The translations under genes were made by a program, and so were the position numbers. A stretch of DNA of 64,000 nucleotides, taken from assembly GCA_963801355.1 (NCBI GenBank), contig CAWDEM010000008.1, forward strand, positions 384,001-448,000. The letters are read 5' to 3'. Position 1 is the stretch's first letter. Each line of letters opens with the position of its first letter. The notes beneath the pieces were generated by a model. That model saw only the letters and a program-made list of their open reading frames with translations, did no database searches and had not been told where the DNA came from. This stretch comes from Ignavibacteriota bacterium (lineage in GTDB: Bacteria; Bacteroidota; Ignavibacteria; UBA10030; UBA6906). Of this stretch, positions 18,182-28,129 are shown in pieces.

Positions 18182-18835
18182 ATGCCACGATTGAATCTGA
18201 AGGATGAAGGCTTGGACGGAGAAGGCGCGCCCCAGGAAGAAAAGGCGCCAAGCCCCACCCCGATGCTTCGCGAAGTTGGTTCGAACGGCGGCAAGATGTC
18301 ACCCATCATTCTGGTTGTCTTGATTCTGCTCGTGCTTGCAGGAGCCGTGTATGCGTTGAATCATTTCAAGGTCATCCAGCTATGGGGTAAGAAAGCCCCC
18401 GTAGTGACCGAGACCCTGCCCGAACCCGAGCTGATAGTTCCCCAGGAAACTTCACCGGCGCCGGCCGAAGGTGCGACAACCGGTGAGGCCCCTGCTGTTC
18501 CGGCCGAAAGCAAACCTTCGACCACGCCATCGGTGGCGGCCCCAAAGCCTGCACAGAAGTCCACACCGGCAGCTACGATTGCTCCCCCCGGCGCAGGCAG
18601 GTACACTGTGCAATTTGCAGCGTGGATGACCAAGTCCAAAGCGGAGGCCGAGGCACAGCTTCTCTCCGGGGCAGGCTATGATGCATACGTTGCGGACGCA
18701 ACCTTCGGCGGCGATCATTGGTATCTCGTGCGTGTCGGCCGTTATGACTCCCGTGCGCAGGCTCAGGAGATTGTCGCGAAGCTGCAACCCATGACCGAAG
18801 ACCTCGTCTGGGTGCCGGTGCTGCGCGACAAATAA
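18182..18835 (+). CDS. SPOR-domain membrane protein
   Basis: One TM helix, a Pro/Ala/Thr linker and a C-terminal YTVQFAAW...WYLVRVGRY SPOR domain. Confidence 0.88.
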   Translation: MPRLNLKDEGLDGEGAPQEEKAPSPTPMLREVGSNGGKMSPIILVVLILLVLAGAVYALNHFKVIQLWGKKAPVVTETLPEPELIVPQETSPAPAEGATTGEAPAVPAESKPSTTPSVAAPKPAQKSTPAATIAPPGAGRYTVQFAAWMTKSKAEAEAQLLSGAGYDAYVADATFGGDHWYLVRVGRYDSRAQAQEIVAKLQPMTEDLVWVPVLRDK

Positions 18836-18855
18836 GTCACAACGCGGGACCACCA

Positions 18856-19557
18856 ATGAACTTCTTTGAGACATTCCTTCGGGGAGGAGTGGTCATGTGG
18901 CCGATCCTCCTCTGTTTGCTTGTCACACTCTATGTCATCCTGGAACGGTGGATGGTTCTCCACCGCGGCCGCTTTGATTCACAACATTTTCTGCCAAAGC
19001 TCAAGAGCCTCTACCGCCACGGGGATATCGGTGCGGTGTTGAGTTACTGCAGCCAGAAAGATGCGGCGATTCCGAGTATCGTCCGTCGTGGTGTGCTGAA
19101 ACGGGATCAGGGTGCCGCGAGCGTGCGGGAGACGGTCGAGGTGGCGGCGAGGGAGCAAATGTACAGCCTGGAACGTCACCTTTCGCTGCTTGCAGGCATC
19201 AGCGGTGTCGCTCCGATGCTCGGCTTTCTCGGCAGCATCGCGGGATTGATCTCGGCATTCCGGAATCTGGAGCAGATGGGTGGCGTGGCAGTGCCGGCCG
19301 ACCTGGCATCCGGCATATGGCAGGCCCTGTTGACGACTGCCTTCGGTCTGATCGTCGGCATCGTCGCCATGATCGCATACAATCTCTTCACCTCGCGCGT
19401 CAGGAGACTCGTCCACGAAGTTGAATCCGCTTCCAATGAGTTCCTGGACCTCCTCGATGAGCCCGTCGCGAACGACGACGTCGACCACGGTCGCGATTTT
19501 CAGATACTGATGCGCTCGCACATTGCTGAACCCGAACCATTCCGGCAGAAAGAATGA
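18856..19557 (+). CDS. exbB: MotA/TolQ/ExbB proton-channel family
   Basis: GGVVMWPI, APMLGFLGSI and GIWQALLTTAFGL motifs. Confidence 0.9.
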   Translation: MNFFETFLRGGVVMWPILLCLLVTLYVILERWMVLHRGRFDSQHFLPKLKSLYRHGDIGAVLSYCSQKDAAIPSIVRRGVLKRDQGAASVRETVEVAAREQMYSLERHLSLLAGISGVAPMLGFLGSIAGLISAFRNLEQMGGVAVPADLASGIWQALLTTAFGLIVGIVAMIAYNLFTSRVRRLVHEVESASNEFLDLLDEPVANDDVDHGRDFQILMRSHIAEPEPFRQKE

Positions 19558-20114
19558 TACGCCTGGACCCGACACACAAGCCCTTGCTCGGTGTGAGCGG
19601 CGCATCATTGGCGAGTGTTCCTCTCATCGTCGTATTTTTTCTCCTCCTTGTGCCGAGGGGTGGATCAGCACCGGCGGTGGGTGGAGCCGTGCCGGCACCC
19701 GCAGTGAGTTCTCCCACAATAGCAGACACAAGTCGGGTGGTACGACCCGCGGAGCCAGTCGCCGGGAAAATCGTGCGCAGGGGTCAACAGTCGATTGCGC
19801 TGGCAACAAAAAAAACGCCGCTGGAGCGCGTGGTGTACTCGATGCGGTGGTCAGGCGGAGCCCAGCGGCGGAAAATCGGGGGGAAAGTCCCGCAGTTCCC
19901 GGCGGGTGTCACGGTGGAAGCGATGGCAAGGGCGGAACTGCTTGTCACAGGTGCGGGTGCAGTGCGTTCGGCAAAACTCTTGCAGAGCGGCAACCCGCGG
20001 TGTGATGAGGCAACCCTTCGCGAAATCCGGCTCTGGAAATTTGATCCGTTGCCACGTCCTCAGAAACAGCCCGATCAGAGGTGTGTGGTGACTGTGAGCT
20101 TCACGCGGAAGTAG
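19554..20114 (+). CDS. TonB C-terminal domain protein with an ExbD-like N-terminal anchor
   Basis: N-terminus HKPL...SLASVPLIVVFFLLL; C-terminus P.FP...V...G.V..AKLL.SGN..CDEATLREIRLWKFDP...VTVSF. Confidence 0.7.
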   Translation: MIRLDPTHKPLLGVSGASLASVPLIVVFFLLLVPRGGSAPAVGGAVPAPAVSSPTIADTSRVVRPAEPVAGKIVRRGQQSIALATKKTPLERVVYSMRWSGGAQRRKIGGKVPQFPAGVTVEAMARAELLVTGAGAVRSAKLLQSGNPRCDEATLREIRLWKFDPLPRPQKQPDQRCVVTVSFTRK

Positions 20115-20406
20115 CGGAATCTTCAGGTTCGTCCGAATCTTTGCGGAAGTAGAAGTAGTAGAATGCCGCCTCAGCGAGCGTTAGGAGCGTGAGCGCCGCG
20201 GCATCATTGTCAAAGACCTTTCCCAGCCCTCCAGGGGGCATGACGGTCCTGATGACAAACGACGCCATGCTCCATCCCACGAAGAAGATCAGCAGCATAA
20301 AAATCACCCCGAGAACACCTTCCTTTGTCCCTTCTTCCTGCCAGCGGCTGGTAAACACGGCCGTGAACGCCAGGACGTGAAGATAAAAGACCACCAGCGC
20401 GACCAT
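20101..20406 (-). CDS. Small 3-TM hypothetical membrane protein
   Basis: Starts 2 nt after the wcaJ stop codon and has three hydrophobic segments. Confidence 0.7.
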   Translation of the reverse strand: MVALVVFYLHVLAFTAVFTSRWQEEGTKEGVLGVIFMLLIFFVGWSMASFVIRTVMPPGGLGKVFDNDAAALTLLTLAEAAFYYFYFRKDSDEPEDSATSA

Positions 20407-20408
20407 AT

Positions 20409-21833
20409 CTACTCCTGTTCCCGGAAGCTAATCACTGCCTTCAGTGTCCGCAGGAGAATGCGGATATCGAAGGCAAGTGACCAGTTTTCAATGTAGTACA
20501 GGTCATACTTGACCCGTTCGTCGATGGAGGTGTCGCCGCGAAGGCCGTTGACCTGCGCCCAGCCCGTGAGGCCGGTCTTGACGCGGTGCCGATCAAGATA
20601 CTTCGGCACGACGGTGCCGAACCGTCTGACGACGTGTGCGCGCTCGGGTCTGGGGCCGACCAGGCTCATATCACCCCGAAAAACATTCCAGAGTTGCGGT
20701 AGTTCGTCCAGGCTGGTCCTCCGCAGGAAACGGCCGAATGCCGTGCGCCGGGCGTCATTGCGAATGCCCAGTCCTGCGTCGCCATCGAGCTTTTCCGCTC
20801 CGGCGACCATGGAACGGAACTTGTACATTATGAATTCCTGCCCGTCGAGGCCCACACGCTGTTGCCGGAACAACACCGGTCCGCGTGAATCCAGCCGAAC
20901 AAGGGCAGCGATCGCCGCGTACAGCGGCGAGAGGATGATGAGGATGATCGACGACACCGTGACGTCAAAGGCGCGTTTGGTGACCCTCTGCCATGGTGTG
21001 AGGGGAATGCCTTTCAGTCGCAGGAAGGGGATTCCTTCGAGGTCACGAACACGCACCTGACTGGTCATCACATCCAGAAGGTCTGGAACCATCATGAACT
21101 CGACGTTGATGCCTTCGCATTCGGAAATCAGCTCGAAGAGGCGTTGATGGTCCTCGGCCCGAAGGGCAATGAACGCGAGTTGGATCCCTTCGGAGCGGAT
21201 ATAGTCGGGGGCGCCTGAGGGTGGACCCAGATAGGTGGCTGCGCCGATCCCCTGCGGGAACAGTGCGGGCGCATCGGCAAAGTATCCCGTGATCGTAATG
21301 CCGAACGACAGATGCCCGTGTAGGCGTGTGTACACCTGGTTCGCAAGCACCTCGCCGCCGATGATGATTGCGCGCTGGAGATGCCGCCCGTGCTTGTACG
21401 ACTGGCGTTCAAGAATCCTCATCACCACCCTGCCGGCGAAGACTCCGCAAATGGCGAGGATCCATACCAGGACGATGACCACGCGGGAGTATGAAAACGT
21501 GCGGTAGAAAAACGCCGCGCTCATCACCAGGAGCATGCCCAGGCTGACGACCTTGATAACGTTTATCAGTTCATCGGAGAGATTGACGTTTCTCCGTGTT
21601 CCGTACATCTTGCGGGCATTGAAGAGGAGAAGCCAGATCGCGATGACGAACAGCGACGCAAGGATATAGCCCCGGAGGGGCGGAGCTTCTTCACGCAGGA
21701 ATCCAAGTGCGGAGAAGATGCTGGTGTGGAAACGGAGCCAGTAGGCAAAAAGGAACGCCGCCTCGATGGCAATTGCATCGGAAGCGACGGTGATGAGGGG
21801 AAGAAGGGAATCTCCACGCCGTGGACGGCTCAT
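20409..21833 (-). CDS. wcaJ: Undecaprenyl-phosphate glucose phosphotransferase (WcaJ-type)
   Basis: KRAFDV, SRGPVLFRQQRVG, YKFRSM, SLDELPQL.NV..GDMSLVGPRPE and GLTGWAQV motifs. Confidence 0.92.
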   Translation of the reverse strand: MSRPRRGDSLLPLITVASDAIAIEAAFLFAYWLRFHTSIFSALGFLREEAPPLRGYILASLFVIAIWLLLFNARKMYGTRRNVNLSDELINVIKVVSLGMLLVMSAAFFYRTFSYSRVVIVLVWILAICGVFAGRVVMRILERQSYKHGRHLQRAIIIGGEVLANQVYTRLHGHLSFGITITGYFADAPALFPQGIGAATYLGPPSGAPDYIRSEGIQLAFIALRAEDHQRLFELISECEGINVEFMMVPDLLDVMTSQVRVRDLEGIPFLRLKGIPLTPWQRVTKRAFDVTVSSIILIILSPLYAAIAALVRLDSRGPVLFRQQRVGLDGQEFIMYKFRSMVAGAEKLDGDAGLGIRNDARRTAFGRFLRRTSLDELPQLWNVFRGDMSLVGPRPERAHVVRRFGTVVPKYLDRHRVKTGLTGWAQVNGLRGDTSIDERVKYDLYYIENWSLAFDIRILLRTLKAVISFREQE

Positions 21834-21840
21834 GGTATGT

Positions 21841-22446
21841 TTACCCGTACATCTCTCTTTCGATGAGTGCACAGAGGATGTGACCGATCGTGATCTGCGC
21901 CTCCTGGACGCGTTGCGTGTCGCTGGAGGGAACGATGATGGCCACGTCCACGAGGTCCTTCATCCGTCCGCCTTCCTTGCCAATCAGTCCGATAGTGGCC
22001 ATACCCTGCGCCCTGGCTTTCTGAAGGGCGAGGTTGACGCTGGCGGAGTTGCCGCTGGTGCTGATACCGATGAGGACATCTCCGGGCCGACCGAGGGCCT
22101 CCACCTCGCGTGCGAACACATTGTCGTACCCAATGTCGTTCGCTCCTGCGGTCAGCAATGACGTATCGGCGTTCAGTGCAATCGCGGGCAATGCAGGCCG
22201 TTTGATGGCCGGATTCATCCGGATGACCAGTTCGGTCGCAAGGTGTTGGGCATCGGCCGCACTCCCGCCGTTCCCGCAGAGGAGGATTTTTCCCTTCGCG
22301 TTCAGCGCACCGATGAGCACGTCGACTGCCTTCACGATCCGGTCGGCGCAGGCTTCAAAGGTCTTCTTCTTGATCTCCGCGCTGGCGGCAAATTCATCCT
22401 GTATGAAGGCCTGGCGTGCGAGAATCGTCAATGGAAGGTGTGTCAC
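21841..22446 (-). CDS. gmhA: Phosphoheptose isomerase
   Basis: CGNGGSAADAQH, ANDIGY and ISTSGNS motifs. Confidence 0.95.
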   Translation of the reverse strand: MTHLPLTILARQAFIQDEFAASAEIKKKTFEACADRIVKAVDVLIGALNAKGKILLCGNGGSAADAQHLATELVIRMNPAIKRPALPAIALNADTSLLTAGANDIGYDNVFAREVEALGRPGDVLIGISTSGNSASVNLALQKARAQGMATIGLIGKEGGRMKDLVDVAIIVPSSDTQRVQEAQITIGHILCALIEREMYG

Positions 22447-22474
22447 GTGAGCACCGGATGTTGTGGTTGAAGGA

Positions 22475-25222
22475 TCACTGGAGTACGTGTTTCACGATCG
22501 CCGTCACCTGTGCAAGGGCGGCATCGAGTTTGTCGACATCCTTGCCGCCTGCTGTGGCCATGTGGGGCCTGCCGCCGCCCCCGCCGCCCACCAGCCTCGC
22601 GACCTCGCCGACAACCCGGCCGGCCTGTAGTTTCTTCGTCGCAACCAGATCGTCCGTGACGACGCATACAAACGAGGCCTTCTCTTCGAGAACTGTTCCC
22701 AGCACGCCGACACCCCTGTGGAGTTTTGAGCGCAGTTCGTCGCCGATCCGTTTCAATTCATCCAGATCCGCCGCTTCCACGCGGGCTGCGACAACGCGGA
22801 TATCCTGCACCATTACAGCTCCTGCGACAAGGGCGTCAAGGTTCGAAGCCGCCTCCTGTACTTTGGTCCTGCTGACAGCTTTCTTCAGCTCCATCGTCCG
22901 GCGCGACAACGCCCCGGCGACCGATTGGCGCTCCTGGAGACCAGATTCCGCCATGGTCAGGGCCTCCGCCAGAGAGCTCCCGTCAGGTATCACCAGGCGT
23001 TCGCGAGGCGCGGATTGTGTTTGTGCCTGTGCAGGGCTCTCGCCGGGAAGCTGGCGCTCCAGATCTTCCACTTCGCGCATAAGCCCGGCGATTTTGTCAT
23101 CCAGTTCCCGTGCGTGCGCAAGGTGTTCCTCGATGTACGCACGAACGCCGTTACCCGTCACAGCCTCGATGCGGCGCACGCCGCTCTGGATGCCGGTTTC
23201 CGACACGATCTTGAACAGGCCAATATCGGCAGTGTTGCTGACATGGGTCCCACCGCAAAACTCGACGCTGAACTTCTCATCCATGATGACTACGCGCACG
23301 TAGTCGCCGTACTTGTCGTCGAAAAACATCTTCACGTTAGGTATCTTCTGCGCTGCGGAGATCGGGATATCCACCTCAGTGCGGACCGCGATTCTCTGGG
23401 CGATCTTCTCGTTCACCATTTCCTCGATAGCCCGGAGTTCATCGGGCGTGATCTTGCCAAAATGGGGGAAGTCAAACCGGAGACGGTCGGGAGCGACCAG
23501 GGATCCCTGCTGGTGGGCGTGGGGACCGAGTACCCGGCGAAGGGATTCATGCAGGAGATGTGTGGCCGAGTGGTTCCGTTGGATGTCCTGACGTCGCGGG
23601 ATGTCGATGCGTGCGTGGACCGGACCGGCGACGAGGTCGGCGGGCGAACCCTTGCGCAAGCGTACTTCATGCACGATCCGCTTGTCCTGCCGGAACGACT
23701 GTACGACCTCTGCCGTGAATCGGTCACCCTCGATAATGCCGACGTCATCCACCTGTCCGCCCGCTCTGGCATAGAACGGGGTGCGATCGAGGGAAATAAA
23801 CCGGCCGTCGACCACCTTACCGACCACCGCATCGGTGTCCAGGGTGTCGTAGCCGACAAACCGTGAATCGGGGAACAGGGCAAGATGCTGATGCGCGTCT
23901 TCGGTGGATCCCGGAAACTCAGCCTTCGGGCCGATGCGTCCGCGACTCTTCTGTTCTTCCATCAATTTTGTGAACTCGCCCGCATCGACTTTCAAGCCCC
24001 GCTCCCCGGCCATAAGTTCTGTGAGGTCGAGCGGGAAGCCATAAGTGTCGTAGAGGCGGAATGCGTCGCTTCCCGGGAACACGGTGGAGTGGCCGATCTG
24101 TTCTATGACCGACTCAAAGATTTCCAGACCCCGGTCGAGCGCCGCATTGAAGCTTTCCTCTTCGGACCGGATGACGCGTTTGATGTGATCCCGCTGGGCG
24201 AGCAATTCGGGGAAGACATGGCCCATCGAATCCGCCACGGCATCCGTGATCCCGTAAATAAAGGGATCGTGCATCTCCAGCTTCCGGGCGAAGCGCGCCG
24301 CCCTGCGGAGTATGCGCCGGAGAACGTAGCCGCGCCCGTCGTTGCCGGGAAGCGCACCGTCTGCAATGGCGAACGAAAGCATGCGGATGTGGTCGGCGAT
24401 GACACGCATTGCGACCTGCACTTCGTCCCCCTCGTACGGACGGCCGGAAGCCTGCACGACCGCATTGATGATCGGCATGAAGACGTCGGTGTCGTAGTTC
24501 GACGGCTTTCCCTGAAGGACGGCGCAGATACGTTCGAATCCCATCCCGGTGTCGACGTGCTTGGCCGGGAGGGGTTCCAGTTCACCGGCCTGGTTCCTGT
24601 TGTTCTGTATAAAGACCAGGTTCCAGATTTCCATGACGCGGGGATCGCCGGCATTCACGAGATTCCCGCCCGAACAGTCGTGTGTCAGATCTATGTGGAT
24701 TTCAGAACAGGGGCCACAGGGTCCCGTTTCGCCCATCTCCCAGAAATTGTCCTTCCTGCCGAACCGGATGATGTGCGAAGGGTCAATATCCGTCTGGCTT
24801 TTCCAGAGCCCGGCAGCTTCATCGTCAGTTTCAAAGACGGTTGCGTAGAGGCGCTTTTTCTCGAGTCCCCACACGCCGGTCAGTAATTCCCATGCCCAGC
24901 CGATGGCTTCAGTCTTGTAGTAATCGCCGAACGACCAGTTCCCGAGCATCTCGAAGAATGTATGATGGTACGTGTCACGCCCGACTTCTTCGAGGTCATT
25001 GTGTTTGCCGCTGACCCTGATGCATTTTTGTGTGTCAGCCGCCCGCGTATACTCCCGCGTGCCGGTGGCAAGGAAGACATCTTTGAACTGGTTCATTCCC
25101 GCATTCGTAAAGAGCAGGGTAGGGTCGCCGTGGGGGATCACCGGAGAACTCTGAACGATGCGATGTCCGTGCCGCGCAAAGAAATCGAGGAATCCCTGCC
25201 GTATTTCGTCAGCGTTCATCAT
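22475..25222 (-). CDS. alaS: Alanine--tRNA ligase
   Basis: [48 protein letters not shown] and GGGGGGRP motifs. Confidence 0.98.
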   Translation of the reverse strand: MMNADEIRQGFLDFFARHGHRIVQSSPVIPHGDPTLLFTNAGMNQFKDVFLATGTREYTRAADTQKCIRVSGKHNDLEEVGRDTYHHTFFEMLGNWSFGDYYKTEAIGWAWELLTGVWGLEKKRLYATVFETDDEAAGLWKSQTDIDPSHIIRFGRKDNFWEMGETGPCGPCSEIHIDLTHDCSGGNLVNAGDPRVMEIWNLVFIQNNRNQAGELEPLPAKHVDTGMGFERICAVLQGKPSNYDTDVFMPIINAVVQASGRPYEGDEVQVAMRVIADHIRMLSFAIADGALPGNDGRGYVLRRILRRAARFARKLEMHDPFIYGITDAVADSMGHVFPELLAQRDHIKRVIRSEEESFNAALDRGLEIFESVIEQIGHSTVFPGSDAFRLYDTYGFPLDLTELMAGERGLKVDAGEFTKLMEEQKSRGRIGPKAEFPGSTEDAHQHLALFPDSRFVGYDTLDTDAVVGKVVDGRFISLDRTPFYARAGGQVDDVGIIEGDRFTAEVVQSFRQDKRIVHEVRLRKGSPADLVAGPVHARIDIPRRQDIQRNHSATHLLHESLRRVLGPHAHQQGSLVAPDRLRFDFPHFGKITPDELRAIEEMVNEKIAQRIAVRTEVDIPISAAQKIPNVKMFFDDKYGDYVRVVIMDEKFSVEFCGGTHVSNTADIGLFKIVSETGIQSGVRRIEAVTGNGVRAYIEEHLAHARELDDKIAGLMREVEDLERQLPGESPAQAQTQSAPRERLVIPDGSSLAEALTMAESGLQERQSVAGALSRRTMELKKAVSRTKVQEAASNLDALVAGAVMVQDIRVVAARVEAADLDELKRIGDELRSKLHRGVGVLGTVLEEKASFVCVVTDDLVATKKLQAGRVVGEVARLVGGGGGGRPHMATAGGKDVDKLDAALAQVTAIVKHVLQ

Positions 25223-25497
25223 ACCTCAATGTGGGTCATAAGTTGAATTTCTTCGAGAACCGCGCTCACTTCGACACACCGGAGCATCTCCCCTGTGTAT
25301 ACTATCGCCCTGCCGGTATGGTGGACCTCCCAGGTCAGGACCTCCGCCTTCTCGCGCGCGCAGCGGATCGCCTTGATGATTTGGGTGATCACCTCTTCGA
25401 ATGTATGCACCTCGTCATTGAAGAGGATCACTTTTGCCGGCTCATGTGTCTGCACTTCCTCTTCCAGGTGCTCAACTTCGAGTGGCTCTGTGGGCAC
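25219..25497 (-). CDS. clpS: ClpS adaptor family
   Basis: [15 protein letters not shown]...EVHHTGRA motif; ATGA overlap with alaS. Confidence 0.9.
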   Translation of the reverse strand: MPTEPLEVEHLEEEVQTHEPAKVILFNDEVHTFEEVITQIIKAIRCAREKAEVLTWEVHHTGRAIVYTGEMLRCVEVSAVLEEIQLMTHIEV

Positions 25498-25559
25498 GCG
25501 GCAGATCCTCCATGTCGTAAAATTGTAGCAAAATTCGGGGTTTATTGCAATCTACCTGC

Positions 25560-25588
25560 TTGCAACGCTCCGGCTGTGTGCGTATATT
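25560..25588 (+). promoter_or_regulatory. Sigma70-type promoter of aconitase
   Basis: TTGCAA-N17-TATATT, about 45 nt upstream of ATG 25633. Confidence 0.6.
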
Positions 25589-25632
25589 ATGCGAATCCCA
25601 CACGCATCCATTCACAACCTTCGCAGGATACC

Positions 25633-28101
25633 ATGGTGTTCGATCTGGATCTCATCGAACGGGTATATGCCCGATTCCCCGGACGGGTTCGGGCTTCACA
25701 GCGCGTTGTCGGCCGTCCTCTCACGTTGACGGAAAAAATCCTCTATGCGCACTCCTGGCGCCCGTTGAAGACCGCACATGAGCGGGGCAAGACGTATGCC
25801 GAGTTTGCACCCGACCGCGTGGCAATGCAGGATGCAACGGCCCAGATGGCCTTGCTGCAATTCATGTCGGCGGGCATCCCGCGCGTCGCCGTCCCTTCGA
25901 CCGTCCATTGTGACCATCTCATCCAGGCCCAGGCGGGTGCGGTGAAGGACCTCCAGCAGGCCTCTGTTGACAACAAAGAAGTCTATGAATTCCTTTCGGG
26001 TGTGTCGTCGCGCCACGGCATCGGGTTCTGGAAGCCGGGTTCCGGCATTATTCATCAGGTGGTGCTGGAAAACTACGCCTTTCCGGGCGGGATGATGATC
26101 GGCACCGATTCGCACACGCCGAATGCCGGAGGGCTTGGCATGCTGGCGATTGGCGTCGGTGGGGCCGATGCCGTTGACGTGATGGCGGGTATGCCCTGGG
26201 AATTGAAGTTTCCCCGGATCATCGGCGTGCACCTCACAGGCACGTTGAGCGGCTGGACAAGTGCCAAGGATGTCATTTTGAAGCTGGCCGGAATTCTCAC
26301 GGTGAAGGGCGGCACCGGTGCTATCGTGGAGTATTTCGGTGAAGGTGCAGACTCCATCTCTGCGACCGGGAAAGGGACCATATGCAACATGGGCGCCGAG
26401 ATCGGCGCAACGACGTCGGTGTTTCCGTACGACGGGCGGATGGCTCAATATCTCCGCGCGACCGGGAGGTCGAAGGTGGCATCCCTTGCCGATCGTATAG
26501 CCGGCTTCCTCCGTGCAGATCCTGAAGTCCTTGCAGAACCATCTGCGTACTATGACCGGGTCATCGCGATCAACCTGAGTGAGCTCGAGCCGATGATCAA
26601 CGGGCCGTTCTCTCCCGATCGCGCCTGGAAACTTTCCGAGTTCGGCCGTGCGGTCCAGGAGAACGGGTATCCGGAAGAGCTGCGTGTGGCGCTTATCGGC
26701 AGCTGCACGAATTCGAGTTATGAAGACATTGAACGCTCTGCGAGTATTGCACGGCAGGCACTGAAACACGGTCTCCGCGCACGCAGCGCATTCACGATTA
26801 CTCCGGGTTCGGAACAGGTCCGCGCCACCATTGAGCGTGACGGGCAGTTAAAGACACTGACCGACATAGGCGGGGTAGTCCTGGCAAATGCCTGCGGACC
26901 GTGTATCGGGCAGTGGAGACGTCATGACGTGCAAAAAGGGGACAGGAACTCCATCATCACGTCGTTCAACCGGAACTTTGCCGGCCGGAACGACGCGAAT
27001 CCCGATACACATGCGTTCGTCGCCAGCCCCGAGATCGTGACCGCTTTTGCGCTCGCGGGCCGGTTGACATTTGATCCACGGACCGACGCATTGACGACCG
27101 ATAGCGGGGAGGCGGTGACGCTGGATCCGCCGACGGGAGAGGAGTTGCCCCGTCGCGGTTTCCGGGCCGGTGAGAGAGGCTATGTTGCTCCCGCGCCCGC
27201 CGGCCGTACAATCCGTGTCAAGATCAGTCCCCAGAGTGAAAGACTCCAGGTGCTTACCCCGTTCGCGCCGTGGGATGAAAAGGACATTATTGAGATTCCC
27301 GTGCTGCTCAAGGCGAAGGGAAAATGTACAACCGATCATATTTCTCCCGCGGGCAAATGGCTCAAGTTCCGGGGACACCTCGACAATATTTCCGACAATA
27401 TGTTCGTCGGGGCGGTGAACGCATACAGCGGCGTCATCGGAGCCGGCAAAAATCTTCTCTCCGGTGCCCATGAATCCTACTCCGCAATCGCCCGTTCGTA
27501 CAAGTCGCAGGGGCTGGGCTGGGTGGTCGTGGGAGATGAGAACTACGGAGAAGGATCAAGCCGTGAACATGCCGCCATGGAACCGCGTTGGTTGGGAGGG
27601 CGCGCGATCATCGTGAAAAGTTTTGCGCGGATCCATGAGACCAATCTCAAGAAGCAGGGGATGTTGCCGTTGACGTTCGGCGACCCTGCCGACTACGACA
27701 GAGTGCGCGAGGATGATCGCGTCTCGATTCGGGGACTTGGCTCATTTGCGCCGGGTGTTCCTCTCACCCTCGTTCTGCACCATGCCGATGGCTCCACAGA
27801 AGAAGTGCGACTAAACCACACGTTCAACGAGAACCAGATTGGCTGGTTTAAGGCAGGGAGCGCGTTGAACCTCATTGCGGCTCAGAGCACCGACGTCGGG
27901 TTGGGAAGCAAGGCCGCAGTCCGCAAACCCCGGAAGGCTGCTGCAAAGAAGCCGGCGCGCGGTAAGCGGGTTTCAGCGAAGGCTCCCGGGAAAGCTCGCG
28001 CGAAGAAAACTTCAGCCCGGCGGCAGGTCAAACGAGCAAAGCGCGGCGTCAAAACCTTGAAACGCAAGACAACTCGCACAGCAAGGAAGCGGAGCAGATA
28101 A
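25633..28101 (+). CDS. acn: Aconitate hydratase (mitochondrial-type) with a Lys/Arg-rich C-terminal tail
   Basis: [46 protein letters not shown] and GSSREHAA motifs. Start at MVFDLD. Confidence 0.96.
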   Translation: MVFDLDLIERVYARFPGRVRASQRVVGRPLTLTEKILYAHSWRPLKTAHERGKTYAEFAPDRVAMQDATAQMALLQFMSAGIPRVAVPSTVHCDHLIQAQAGAVKDLQQASVDNKEVYEFLSGVSSRHGIGFWKPGSGIIHQVVLENYAFPGGMMIGTDSHTPNAGGLGMLAIGVGGADAVDVMAGMPWELKFPRIIGVHLTGTLSGWTSAKDVILKLAGILTVKGGTGAIVEYFGEGADSISATGKGTICNMGAEIGATTSVFPYDGRMAQYLRATGRSKVASLADRIAGFLRADPEVLAEPSAYYDRVIAINLSELEPMINGPFSPDRAWKLSEFGRAVQENGYPEELRVALIGSCTNSSYEDIERSASIARQALKHGLRARSAFTITPGSEQVRATIERDGQLKTLTDIGGVVLANACGPCIGQWRRHDVQKGDRNSIITSFNRNFAGRNDANPDTHAFVASPEIVTAFALAGRLTFDPRTDALTTDSGEAVTLDPPTGEELPRRGFRAGERGYVAPAPAGRTIRVKISPQSERLQVLTPFAPWDEKDIIEIPVLLKAKGKCTTDHISPAGKWLKFRGHLDNISDNMFVGAVNAYSGVIGAGKNLLSGAHESYSAIARSYKSQGLGWVVVGDENYGEGSSREHAAMEPRWLGGRAIIVKSFARIHETNLKKQGMLPLTFGDPADYDRVREDDRVSIRGLGSFAPGVPLTLVLHHADGSTEEVRLNHTFNENQIGWFKAGSALNLIAAQSTDVGLGSKAAVRKPRKAAAKKPARGKRVSAKAPGKARAKKTSARRQVKRAKRGVKTLKRKTTRTARKRSR

Positions 28102-28129
28102 CGCTGTAACACTCCTGATGTGAAGCGGG

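Noticed and set aside
25231-25632. 134-aa N-terminal extension of aconitase in the ORF track
   Set aside because: It overlaps clpS on the opposite strand, and a promoter and RBS precede ATG 25633.
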